From Balanoglossus misakiensis (taxonomy: Eukaryota > Animalia > Hemichordata): a DNA stretch of 64,000 nt. Location of the stretch: the NCBI GenBank assembly GCA_040954595.2, contig CM082596.2, forward strand, positions 3,279,025 through 3,343,024, written 5' to 3'. Of this stretch, positions 1 to 11,900 are shown one piece after another; the stretch's first letter is position 1; each line of letters opens with the position of its first letter. Below the pieces are notes generated by a model that ran no database searches, had not been told where the DNA came from, and saw only the letters and a list, made by a program, of their open reading frames with translations. Position numbers and translations under genes: made by a program.

Positions 1-155
1 AAGTTGGATTTTAGGATCCTCCTGTGTATGTATAATATAAACCGTATAATACAATATAGGGGTAACAACCATGCTTAAGCTTGTTTATAAAATACAAGGC
101 TGTGATTTAAGTTGATTTAATTATACGGCGGTTGGTGTCGCCATCCTTTTACTTT

Positions 156-1271
156 TTAGTTGCAAGCAGCTTCTGTTTTGTCAGTTTCGACTGAGGACGC
201 CCCTTTATTCATGTATACTTTTCCTGCATGAAGGATAACTTCGAGTATAGACAGAGCATTCTGCCTGCGATCGGGGTCCATGCCTGTAAAATCGTTGCGT
301 TCTTGGTCAAGGTTGGATATGGTGAAAATGTTGGCGCGAGTCACTGTAGTTGCTGCCGTAATGGCCTGGATTTTTTCCTCTATCTCGTCTTCTGTGCCTT
401 CTGCTTGATCGATATGTGTGACGACAACAAAGACCTTTAAACCACTTTCTGCAAGAAAACGTTAAACGTTATGGAAAAAAGTAACCGAAATTCACAGAGT
501 GTGGAATATGTAGACGTGTAAATCTAGGAGTATTAGTTTAAAACATTGACGTTTTTTAAAGTTTTAATTTTTGTCTGCTACGGCGTAACTTGAAAAAGAA
601 GACTTACTTAATTTGTATACTTCACCCATGAGTGGATCTATCATGCTGTCAACTTCTGCTGCCCACTTATGGATGAAAACTATTGCCGATGGTTTCTTAA
701 AGCCACTTCTCAGCTTGAATGCAGACTCTTCACCGACAGGGCTCCTATTGGCAGGCAATCTTCCGTTCAGTATTCTCCGAATTGCTCTCCTGGTTCTCTC
801 ATCTGGATCGTTTCCTGGGGTTGTGATCGTTTGTTTACACGAACCGGGAACATCACTCAGCCAGAACGGTTTATTATCTACAGTGACTTCGTATGGTTTG
901 TAAACAGCTGAACCAACACCACCTTGCATATATGCTTGGGCTGGCCCCTGGATGCCAGTTACAGCCTAAAAATGCAAAGATGTATGGTGTAAAAACTTGT
1001 GGCAATCAAATAAGCTGAACAAAAGAGAACAAACAAACAAACAGACGTACGTACATACATACATACATACATACATACATACATACATACATACATACAT
1101 ACATACATACATACATACATACATACATACATACATACATACATACATACATACATACATACATACATACATACATACATACATACCTACATACATACAT
1201 ACATACATACATACATACATACATACATACATACATACATACATACATACATACATACATACATACATACA

Positions 1272-1302
<31 letters not shown>

Positions 1303-3933
1303 CCGAATTGTTTGTCCAATGTAGGCCTTATTCATACAAAAAAAAAGTGAATTCTAAATTACTCTATACAATGAATTGATTGTTGATGATTTCCCTGTTC
1401 CAGGGGCACCGAAGAAGACAGTATTCTGGCCACAAATGCAGTCCTTGATATCACCTGGAATTGAATCGGAGAAAATCATCTTGGGATATGGAAATGGTGT
1501 CGATATAAAAATGCCTCCATACATTCAAATATAACGACCGTCATCGATTCGGAATTCTATTTACTTGAATTGTTGGGATTTGCTTGTAATCCGAATGTAT
1601 TTTACAAGTTGTAGATCAACGTGAAGGTTCAGGAAATATAACTTACTAATGGAAGTGGTTTTCCGAACTTTCTCGATCTCGAAAACAAACTTTTGGAGGC
1701 CGATATCTTCAATCGCTTTTGTAGAATCCAGATGGACGCTCTTTCCAGTAACTTTTGGGTATTCGTAAATTCTCATCTGACCTCCGTTTTTTATTTCATT
1801 CTGAAGGGATTTCATGTGATCCTCCGAAAAACGGAAGTCTGGCAGCCTTTTCAATATGTTTTTGGTCATTCCAAATACCGTCTCGTTTTTTCGGCATAGC
1901 ATGGCGATGTTATTGTCACCGTGGATAATTTGCACTTGAAGTAAATCTGCAAAAGAAGAATAGGTTCGAAGGAATGGAAATAATGTGGCGTTTTACATGA
2001 AATAACGCCAGTGATATTTTTATCAAACGTCATGATATTCACGTTAAACGTCATCAGTTTCTGCTGGGTCCTAGCCATAGCAATAAACGAAGCATGCCTG
2101 TATGCTACTTGTTGCATGCTTGGACCTGGCCTCGGACGGAACCTAGCTAAGAAATGATGAACAGGAAATTTAGGTAAAATGCTAACACATCATATTTTAG
2201 GTACTGATGGTTATTAAGGTTTAAGTTATTTATTTATTTATTTTGACTGACCTCAAGTGGGGTCATTTAATAGAAAACATCTCCGCGTGACGGGGGCGAT
2301 ACTGATCGCGGACCCACCCACTGAGGGAAACTTCGCGACACGGAGGTTGTCGCGCAGTTCATAATAGTTTCAAAAATGGGCCCAACTCTTCCCAATGTCA
2401 CAAAACAAAACATTTTGGGGTCAGTTTCGATTTAACTTCTTTTAAACGTCCATACTTCAGCAAAATTTACGAATAAATTATAAAAATGCATCCGTGTTGT
2501 CGACTTGCACTTAATATCGACCGTCCCGTTCCGAAGTGCAAAATACGAACAATTTCCATAATCAAAATTAAAGGTGTTTTTTGGATGTGCGAGACGGAGC
2601 AGACGGGCAGGGGATACTTTGTGCGACGTGTGTGCAACCATTTCCGCATATAGACAGTTAAAACCCTCACCATATCCCATTATCCGCGTCATGTGTACAA
2701 ATTGATGATCGCGTATCTAACGTCAACATCATAAACATTAGGTGCAATGATTGTAACGGGTGCTGCTAGGTTGAGTGCGAACACACCACTCAATCATTGC
2801 AGCTACATGAACATGGTCAAGTTGTTTACCAGGGCAATAAAATACCACGGTCACTACACAAGAAAATCCGTTTAATACAGGACATAAAATGTATTGCTAG
2901 AGTTCAATTATGCAAACGTTAGAGAGATATTGTAACAATTAAGTTATCACCCCGCACCCGAATCGATATCACCCCTTTGCTCTTCGTTGAGTGTATAGTC
3001 TGGTAGACGAATTTCCAAACTTTGATATTTTTCCTCACAAGGAAAATTTTTCACGGCGTACGCGAAAGTAGTAACCTCGCGTCTTTTTGCTAAAACCATT
3101 CGCAGAAACCTCGTGACAACAAATGGTTGTCGCATATCATAGCGTTGTTTTCATCGGCGCGTACCAATGACAGTGGTGCAAGAAATAGGCATAATTTCTC
3201 CAGAGTGTAGCAGCTGTTATGCGACCACAACCACACTTGTTGCAATATCTCATATTGTTTTTCTGTCTCTCATGTGGTACATGTAATTTATTAATATAGT
3301 CACATATGCTTTATTTGTGGTAGAATTGTCTTTTCAGAGTGTCAGATATCATGTCATCAGAGCCCTCTGAACTTCATAGCCCCAATGAATTCAGAATTAT
3401 TGGGATCTCAGATTCCTGGTCTTGAAACCCTTAATTTTTCTGAGATAACATGCATATACATGGATATTTACATGGATTTCAATTGAATGCATGGAGGCAT
3501 GATCGAGTAATTTGGAAACTATGACTTGTGCTGAAACAAGATAATTGCAACAAGCAAAACTTCAAAGTGGCCTATAATGGGCAATACAGGGCTGCAGCAA
3601 CAATGGCAAATACATGTACTCACCAATATCGAATTCCAATGAGAATTTTTTTATCTCTTCCAGCGGAGTACGAGGATGAATTACTTCCTTTCTCGTACCA
3701 TCATCCTGGACAGAATATATCGTGACATCGCCTGGACTGAGAGATGCATCGTCATGTAACTTTATCTTGAAATCTTCGGCCTTGTTTATTATCAATTCCG
3801 CTAGATTGTGTGTAACATCATTAAGAAGACAATTGACTTGGATTGGATTCTTCGGTCCGTATTTATAACGTAGATACAGAGGTAAGCTTGGTGCTGCTAA
3901 TTGTGGTAATTCTTGTTGAACGTTGTCAGCCAT
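156..3933 (-). CDS. IFI44/IFI44L-like P-loop GTPase with two N-terminal tandem repeats (possibly ubiquitin-like), ~450 aa, 5 coding exons
   Basis: Minus-strand exons 3933-3624, 1946-1647, 1454-1363, 965-608 and 448-156 join through GT-AG introns with matching phases (1,1,0,1); 1353 nt ending in TAA. Motifs: G1 FFGAPGTGKSSTINSL, G3 FWLSDVPG, RRILNGRLP, G4-like VFVVVTHID, IFTISN, and C-terminal helix ALSILEVILHAG. These parallel IFI44L as recalled (GPVGSGKSSFFNS, FMLCDTMG, HILKGCMP, VALLTKVD). The three 3' exons are firm; the link to the 3933-3624 exon is inferred from phase and from its similarity to exon 2. Confidence 0.75.
1052..1301. repeat. (ACAT)n tetranucleotide microsatellite, ~62 units
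   Basis: Near-perfect ACAT run with one ACCT interruption near 1188, preceded by a short (AAAC)n. It lies in intron 3 of the IFI44-like gene. Confidence 0.99.
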
Positions 3934-4895
3934 GTTAAGAAAATCAAAGCAGTGTGTCGGTACGACTTTGTCGAGGCACTTGTATAAACCTTTGAGCTGT
4001 GTGCAACTCTCAAATACTGAAGGAGTAAGGGGTAGTGATTTATAATGGGTGAAAGTTGTCTTATTTGGCTTGTGATTACTAAAACTCAAACCATTGTAGT
4101 AGTTTATGACCGATATAATTCTCCCAGGTAACAAATCTTTTGCCAAATACCTCACCTGTCCTCTGCCACTGTAGCTGTGTGGGAGTATTTGAATTACAGG
4201 ACATTCCTTTAGAGCTATTTGATTTCGGAGTGAAATAAAGCCTCTTGACATTCCTTATGCCAAATAAAATAATCCATCACATAATCAGACGACAGTTTAT
4301 ATCTTGTGGGCGTATTTTAGGCCTGGCAAACAATCAAATGTTTCTGACAAAAAGATAAGTAAACAAAGGCATGTTTTTTATAAAAAAGAAAAGTATCAAA
4401 TGGTTATCAAATGTTGAACATTTAAAAAGGTAATAAATCATGCAATCAGATGTAACTCAAACACATCCACCCCTACCAAACATAAATACATTTGTACGTA
4501 CCTCGAACTCATCAGAAGTGGAGTGCAAGTATGACGTTCTTTGATGAATGGGAAATCTAATGGTAGGTGATGATATATTTTAAAAGAGCTGTCATCACCA
4601 CCAGTTTTTGGTGGCTTTAACAACCATCAGCTACGCAGGGCAAGTCATACTTTTTCAAGTAAATTTTCCTGAACCTGCACTTTTCATACCCTAAAAACAA
4701 ACAAAACTTCTGGTACTGGAAATATTGATTTAAAAGGAGTAAAATTAAAAGGCTGAGCTTTCAACAATGAGTCTTTGGTTTTATACAAACAGAATATTCT
4801 CTTATTATTGTAGTGTAATACCTACTTAAATACATAATAATAATAATAAGCTTGATTAACACTACAGTACGTGAGTGAAGTGCAAAGTAGACACA

Positions 4896-4901
4896 TTTAT
4901 T
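4896..4901 (-). terminator. Candidate polyadenylation signal (AATAAA) for PITRM1
   Basis: TTTATT on the + strand, ~1.05 kb downstream of the PITRM1 stop and before the start region of the next gene. Confidence 0.4.
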
Positions 4902-5953
4902 CATATTGCTAGAATTACTATTAGTATTACACCATGCTAACACCATGGCTTCACATTCTGAAGTACAACACATCAAAAAACAGTGTAATGTAATGATCAA
5001 GTGATATCGAAAAATGGTGTATCTGGTGTGAATGAAAGCTACAGTGCAGTGCACTTCGTCTGCAATTGGAGTTTGTCAAGTAGCGACAAGATGGTTCTTG
5101 TTCCATCAAAGTTCAAGGTTCAGTAGAGATTCACATCCTTTGAGTGATCTACAATAGTCATCAAGCATACATTCCACAAAAGAAATCAAGCAGATCATAA
5201 GACTATTCTTCTTTTGTAAATACATTTACATTTACTCTTTAGCCACTTTTTGGGTTCACTGAAACACTGATCCAAACATCTATCCGACAATATATCCACA
5301 AGCTCACTTAGGAAACCATGATTGCTGTGTTGTTGATTTTAAACGATATAATCAGTGCCTGTTATTGTTGTGCACATTCTGTGCATGTTACATTTTTCTT
5401 TCTTTTTTTAATTTCATAGAAAATGCATTGTGTAATTTTCGAATTTTTATATGGAGCTTCATACTAGCAACCATAGTTTGGGTTGTACCCTAAGACATAA
5501 ATTATAGACATAACATCCTCTATGTAGCAAAATACAGCAGGTGAAGCTGCTGGTTTTTTTTACTAAACTTGCATTTGACATGTTTAACTTACTATATGAG
5601 AGTTCACTATTTCAAATCTAGTCAGATTTCAAGTTCAGCCTATAAATGACGTTGGTCTTCAGAGAGATATGTTGGAGTTGCCCTGCATCTGTGACTTTCT
5701 CTCTCCACCAAGAGCAGGTTTTCTGTAGTAGCAAAATTGAGATGAAATACTAAGTGTCAGCTTTAGATTATTCTCTCAACACTAGGAGAGACCAAACCAC
5801 TGTTTGTAGTAGTGCTGTAACTTTGGGCTTTTTGTTTCCTGTATTTTAGCTCTTTTTTCAACTACAGTTCCTTGTTCTGTTTCCTCACACGTCACAAGCC
5901 CAACAATTGGCTTGTCAGAAGTGAGCATTGGACTTAAAGAGTCATTTTACCGT

Positions 5954-8900
5954 TTACTTGTGTCTGTGGATGTAACTTGGCTGTCCATCCACTACTTTCA
6001 TCCAGTCATCATTGTCACGGGTGAGGGGAGTTTCGGGTCCTAGGAATGCTATGCCATTGGCCAGGTGGTCTGGTAGTAAATACCTACAAACAACACAAAA
6101 TGAGACTGGAAGCATTAAGAAAATTGGCTTTTTGTTGTAAATCACAAAACACAAAACCAGCACACTTTGTTTTCAATTTGCTTCTGGCTAAGTAGTGTAA
6201 CACTTACTTTTCTGCCACCTGTACCAAATCCTCTTTGGTAACAGCAAACAGTTGCTGACGGTGTGCTTGTTTCATGTCATCAGAAATGCCGCTCAGAAAT
6301 AGTGTGATTCCTCTGTTTGGGGGCGCTATAGGATAGTCGACCTGGGGAAAAAGAAAAGGATGTGACATTATATTTTCAGTATATGATTTTCACAATTTTC
6401 ATAACAGTAATATTGAGCAGGGTATAATAATATACTAGATACTCACAGTTTGAAAGACAGAGAGTTTAGCTTCATCGATGTCTTGATCCGAGAACTTGCC
6501 CTGACTGGCCCAGTCTATTGCACCGTCAAATGCCTCCATTGTTTCAAGGTTGTTTGGGTCCCTGGAGAAAATATGCGAGTTATGAACTTGTCTGGCCGAG
6601 ATAGATGGTCTATTGATGCCTGTGCATTGCAGTTACTCCTAAATCTGTATAATATGCTGATATAAATTTATTTGTAAAAACACAAATCAAATGCATTTTC
6701 AAAGTACCTGTAGGAATAGAATGAAAATATTCCGGATGTTCCCATTGATGCTCCTCCGCCATAAGCACCTCCCTTCTCCCTGGAAAAAAACAAACATTAC
6801 AATGTTCACCAGTAGTATTTTTAGGGTGGCCATTTTTATAACTCAAGTGATTCATAGATACAGAACTCACCTAATTTCTCTGTGTAGAAACTTGCTTGTC
6901 ATCAGTTTACCAAGAACTCGTAACCTGCATTAGGAAGAAGGGGGAGTGTTGATTTGCGATATGAGTTTAATTTTGAATCAGTACAGATAAACTAGACTGA
7001 GTCCGCATAAGCTGACTTGGTGTATGGTTGCCTCTACGGCCGCTAATCAACCCATGGAAATGTGACTTACTTTGCACAATCTGGATGAGTGTATGGCACT
7101 GTTGGTACACATCGTCCGACGTAATTCACTGGGAATGGCAGTGGGAAATGAATCCTCCTAGGTACTGGCTTGAAATTGAACACCTGAGACAGGAGAGATC
7201 AAAAAGTATTGATAAGCATGTATATGTATGTCATCTGCCCAAAGCACAAGCTGATAGCATTATGATCAATTTACATCACAAACCAAGGAGAAAATGAGCA
7301 TCAAAAATAATTGTTTTACATTTTTTGTCCCTTGACTGTATCTGTCTATATCAGCTGTATGTCCCTTGTCTAAATCTGTCCGTAATTGGCCATATGTCTT
7401 ACCTCAATCATTTTGACATGACTACCGGGAGCAGGCTTAGGTGGTGGCGCCACAGTCTTGATAAACTTCTCGAGTGTTTTAACAGCCGAGTCTATGTTCT
7501 CAGGTGTTGTATTCAATGCACATCTGATGAGACAATGTACATGGAGACTCATGAAACAAAAATGTCAGCAAACTTTCATGTACTACTAGTTTATCCATAT
7601 GATTAGAGACATGCCTACCTAAGGTGCTTCCTGTTAAACAGAATCTGCGAAATCATCTTCAAATTGTGAATGACTGGGTCCAAATCCTTCATTTCAGCAA
7701 TCTTCTTCATAATGGCTACCTGTAAAACAAACATAACAACAGCAGTGTTTGTATACTTCAGCGTCAAGGGGTCTAATTTCCATGGTGAAACATGAAATCA
7801 GGCATTTCAAATATTTCAGTTGTTCATACCTGCGTCATTCCACTAAACAGTTCCTTGATTTTTCCCAGTGGTGTCAGGGAGCTCCCGGCACACAACATGG
7901 CATAATGATGGCCATGGTGGGGTATGGAGTTGGCCAAATCGGCTGCTTCCATCTGGATCAGAGTTGTCAGGGTGTTTGTGTCATCAAAGCTTGCTCTGTT
8001 GAGAAATCAAACCAAAATTTAGCACCATCTAATATCATAACATATCACATTGTATCATACAGTATTGTACCATACCTTCTGTAAATTGTCTTTGAAGTAA
8101 GACCTTAGTAGAGTGAGGTACCTTCAACATTATCAGTAGTCATCGCGAATGAAACAAGTTAACATATACTCTTTTTAATTTACTGGCAGATGGAGCAAGT
8201 AACAGTCACAGCGCTGACCAACTGGTCGATGCTTTAGCGCACAAGATACATGTTTTACTGCATCATAGCTTTATTTGCGTACCTGTGAAAAACTTCTGTC
8301 CACAGATCAAACATATCTTGCAGATTGTGATCTAGACAGAATGAGGAGATTACCACACCCTGAAATAAAATGTCAAAATGTTGATGATCTATACAATGAT
8401 TTCAGAAGCAAAGTTTCCCACATGAAAGTACTGATTCTGATTAACAGTAAAGGAAACAAGGGCAGGTGTTTCTGTACTTGGTTTGAGTGGAACAATATTC
8501 CTTTCTCCTAGACATAACTGACCTGCTGTTTAAGAGTTTTAAAACATCGCTAGTTGAGACACAAACCTGTTCATGACCATTGATGTTACTGTGATGTAAT
8601 ACAGTGTGCGGTGTAACACTTAGACCTCCAGTTTTCAATTCTTCTCTCTGGGCAAATTCATGGTGATTCATCACTCCAGCACCAAGTCTGTGAGACAAGA
8701 CACAACAATGTTACTGGTGAATTGCAAGTATGGTTAATTACCATGTGATTCAGTTGACAGGCCTGTCTGATTTTGATTTGTTTGATGCAGGCAAATGTGA
8801 GAGACGGACACACACATCACTGTGGCCAGAACTTACTTTGTTATCACACTGCAAAACAATGGCACATATGTCATGAGTTCCTCTGGAAGTCTTTTCAGAT

Positions 8901-11900
8901 TGGCCACAGCTCTGAAATATGTGACTCCATTTGTTGGCTGCTCACACAACTGGATGGGTACGTACTCTGAAAAGAAGCCAAACACTTCAGAAAGGAGTCG
9001 CTGGATTGTCATCAGATGACATATTTTAACCATTTCATCCCTGTTTCCTTTTATGGAAGTCCAACTTTACCATAGAAAACAATAGATTTGGACCAAACCA
9101 TGGTGGTGAAAGGGTTAATGAAAACCACAAAACACAAAAATGATATCTGGACAATCTATAACTCACCTATAATTGCCTTTTTAATAGCTGTCCTTTTCAA
9201 GTCTGGATTGATGTCACTAATCTTCAGTGTTGGTAAACAGGACAAGTCTTCCTGTGCATTCTGTACTTTAGCAAGCCTAAGACCTAAAGCAGAAAAGAGT
9301 AACACAATTCTATTATTTTACAATCCTAGAAAATAGGATTCAAAGTTCACAACTGTTAGTGTCTCGTCACAGAAAAGCATGCATTTTTACATGTGACTTC
9401 CTCTGAAAAAGACACCAGTACTTCAAGTTCAACTGACCATGACTGTACACTTCTGCTCTGTCTTTTTCACTCAAAGCGTCCAACTTCTCTTGCAACAACT
9501 GTTTTTCCTCTTCCGCTTTGTTCTTCTCATAGTCCGGATCAGGACTCATTGTAAGCGTCAGTTTGTGGGGATTGTTCTTGAAGTAGGTCTCCATTTTCTC
9601 TTGCAAGAACCTGGGGTTCTCTGCCATGGCGTTCTTGAACTGCTCCACACACTTGTTGACTTGCAAGTTGGCGATGGGATCCCCTCCATGGTTCCAGCTT
9701 GGCATCAAAGACTGCAGATATATGACATTATATAACATGGCTGCCGTTATTGCAGTGAAAACTTCGTACTGCTCAATTTAACAAACTATTAAGGTACTCA
9801 TTAGTATGATAAATACAGTTGTTGTCGCTAGCGACAGATGCTTGTACTTACACCGATGAGTCCAAGACCAAACTGTGTTGTTTGATGTTTTATGGACAGT
9901 TCTATCTTGTGAAGCACAGCATCTATCCTCTCTTCAGGAAACCCCGTTCTAGAAAATGAAAATATAAATTTGACCCCAAGAGCAACATTATCCAAATCAT
10001 TAACACCCCAACCACCTCTGTTGTCATCATCATTATCATCGTCGCCGTCATCATCATTTTCACCCAGTCAGTTTCACAGTTCTCTGACAATACTTACTGG
10101 ATTACACTGTCTATTGTATCTTCAATGATCTTCTTCACAGTTTCGACATCACTTTCGCCGATATCCTTCAGTCCGACCGAGAAAACTGCCTCCTTAATTG
10201 AGCCATTATAACTAGCACCAAAGAGATAACAAATGTGAAGTTTGTATTTTGGTGTCATTTATACAATACTGTCAATTGTTTGTACTTTTTTCAACTCTTC
10301 ACCTACATAATGATTAATCTTACTGAAATTTCTGAGTCAATTATTGTCAAACATACGAAGAGAGTGTTGAAAGGATTATTTCCAATACTGAAGTATCTCT
10401 ACTTACCCGACAACAGGAGCATAATCCGATCCAATATTGGCATCCAACAATGCCTGATAAAATGGAGATGTTGGTCCAGCAGTCAACAGTGATCCAATGA
10501 TAGATGCCGTGAATGATTCAAAGGTGTCTGTGATGCTACAAATATAGAGAAATAATGTCAGTTTCAGCAAAAGCAGTGAGAGATTCTTCGATAGTGTTTG
10601 GACAGTCTGATTTAATGCCAGCCAACTAGCAACTATCTAGTGGCTGACCAATGTGGGACAAGCTACTGTACCAAAAACACAACCACTTACTCATTGAGAA
10701 GATAAGAAACAGACAGTGTCATCTGTTTCTTTGGATCGACTGCCATGGGATCCACTGCACAAGACACATGGTCTTCCCTCTGAAAATACAGAAATTAGAA
10801 TTGTTATTTCACTCCAAGACTGTTCTTTGTGGCTTCCCAATTTTTGTTTGACAGATGTTTAAAATATTAAACACTGTTTGTATTGCATGCGTGTTCATTC
10901 TACTTACAGGTTCTGTCCATCTTTCCTCTTTTGGTACCTCAGTATCAGGCTCAATTTTTGAAAACTTGCTCAGTGCGTTTTTTTGGATAAATTCTAAATG
11001 GTTCTCCATTGGCATGTCTCCATAGGTATAAAATCTGAGTGAAAAAAATAGCAACATAAAGTTGGTCATGATCATTACAGAGTGGTTAAAAAAAGTTAAT
11101 ATCTGATAACTGGTTGCATGAGATGCATTTACCTGGCATTACTAGGGTGGTAATGTGTTGCATGGAACTTCCGGAGTTGTTGCACAGTCAGTTCTGGAAT
11201 TTTCAAAGGATCCCCACCGGAATTCGTAGCATAGGTGTGGCTGGGAAGTATTTTGTTCTGTACGTGAATTCCAAACATATCATCCGGACTTGTCTGGAAA
11301 AAGGGGAAATAGAACATTTGAACTTCTCAGTACCATCGATACACAATCTGTTCATTATTAAAGATATCTGCGTAATGACAGCAATGAATTTGGGAAATGA
11401 TACAATTACTGATGTGCCCTAACTTAATCAAACTTAATTTCAACTTACCAGAGCCCCTTTCATTTCATTGAAAACAACACCTTTGAAAATGATTGGAGAG
11501 TTGGTATTATTGATATCTTCATGTTCTAGCCTCCATCCTTCTTGGCTGTTAAAATATAAAGGTTCAATCAATCAAGCAACCAATCAATCTAACAGTCAGT
11601 CAGTCAATCAATCAATCAAGTCAGTCAATCAATCAAGAATTCCACCACTGGTATTAAACTTATTATTAGCTGAGCACAACACAACTTACCTGAAGTCATA
11701 TTCTTGGAGTTTTGGAAAGAAGACAGCATCCAGGTACACTGACAGTAAATTCTCAAAGTCTTTATCATTCTGGCTCGAAAATGGATAAATGGTGTAGTCA
11801 CTTGCTGTGGACAAATCAGATGACATTTTCAATTCACTTTGGAATACTCACATACAAGTGAGCACCAGATCATAAATTGGCATAGCATTACCTGTCATGG

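Noticed and set aside
1052-1301. CRISPR-like repeat array
   Set aside because: It is a simple tandem repeat with no spacers or cas genes, in eukaryotic DNA.
959-1350. Four ORFs reading MYVCMYVC... or HTYIHTYI...
   Set aside because: They are translations of the intronic (ACAT)n microsatellite, which has no stop codons.
3562-4251. 229-aa ORF as a stand-alone gene
   Set aside because: Only 3933-3624 looks coding and it ends at a strong G|GTGAGT donor. The upstream part contains a likely 5' UTR intron (donor ~4155, acceptor ~3997).
4200-4750. ISRE or NF-kB sites upstream of the IFI44-like gene
   Set aside because: Only partial GAAA and GGGAAAT words, as expected in AT-rich DNA; no tandem GAAANNGAAA was seen.
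5954-5965. Peroxisomal PTS1 at the PITRM1 C-terminus
   Set aside because: The protein ends ...HRHK, which does not fit the SKL-type consensus.
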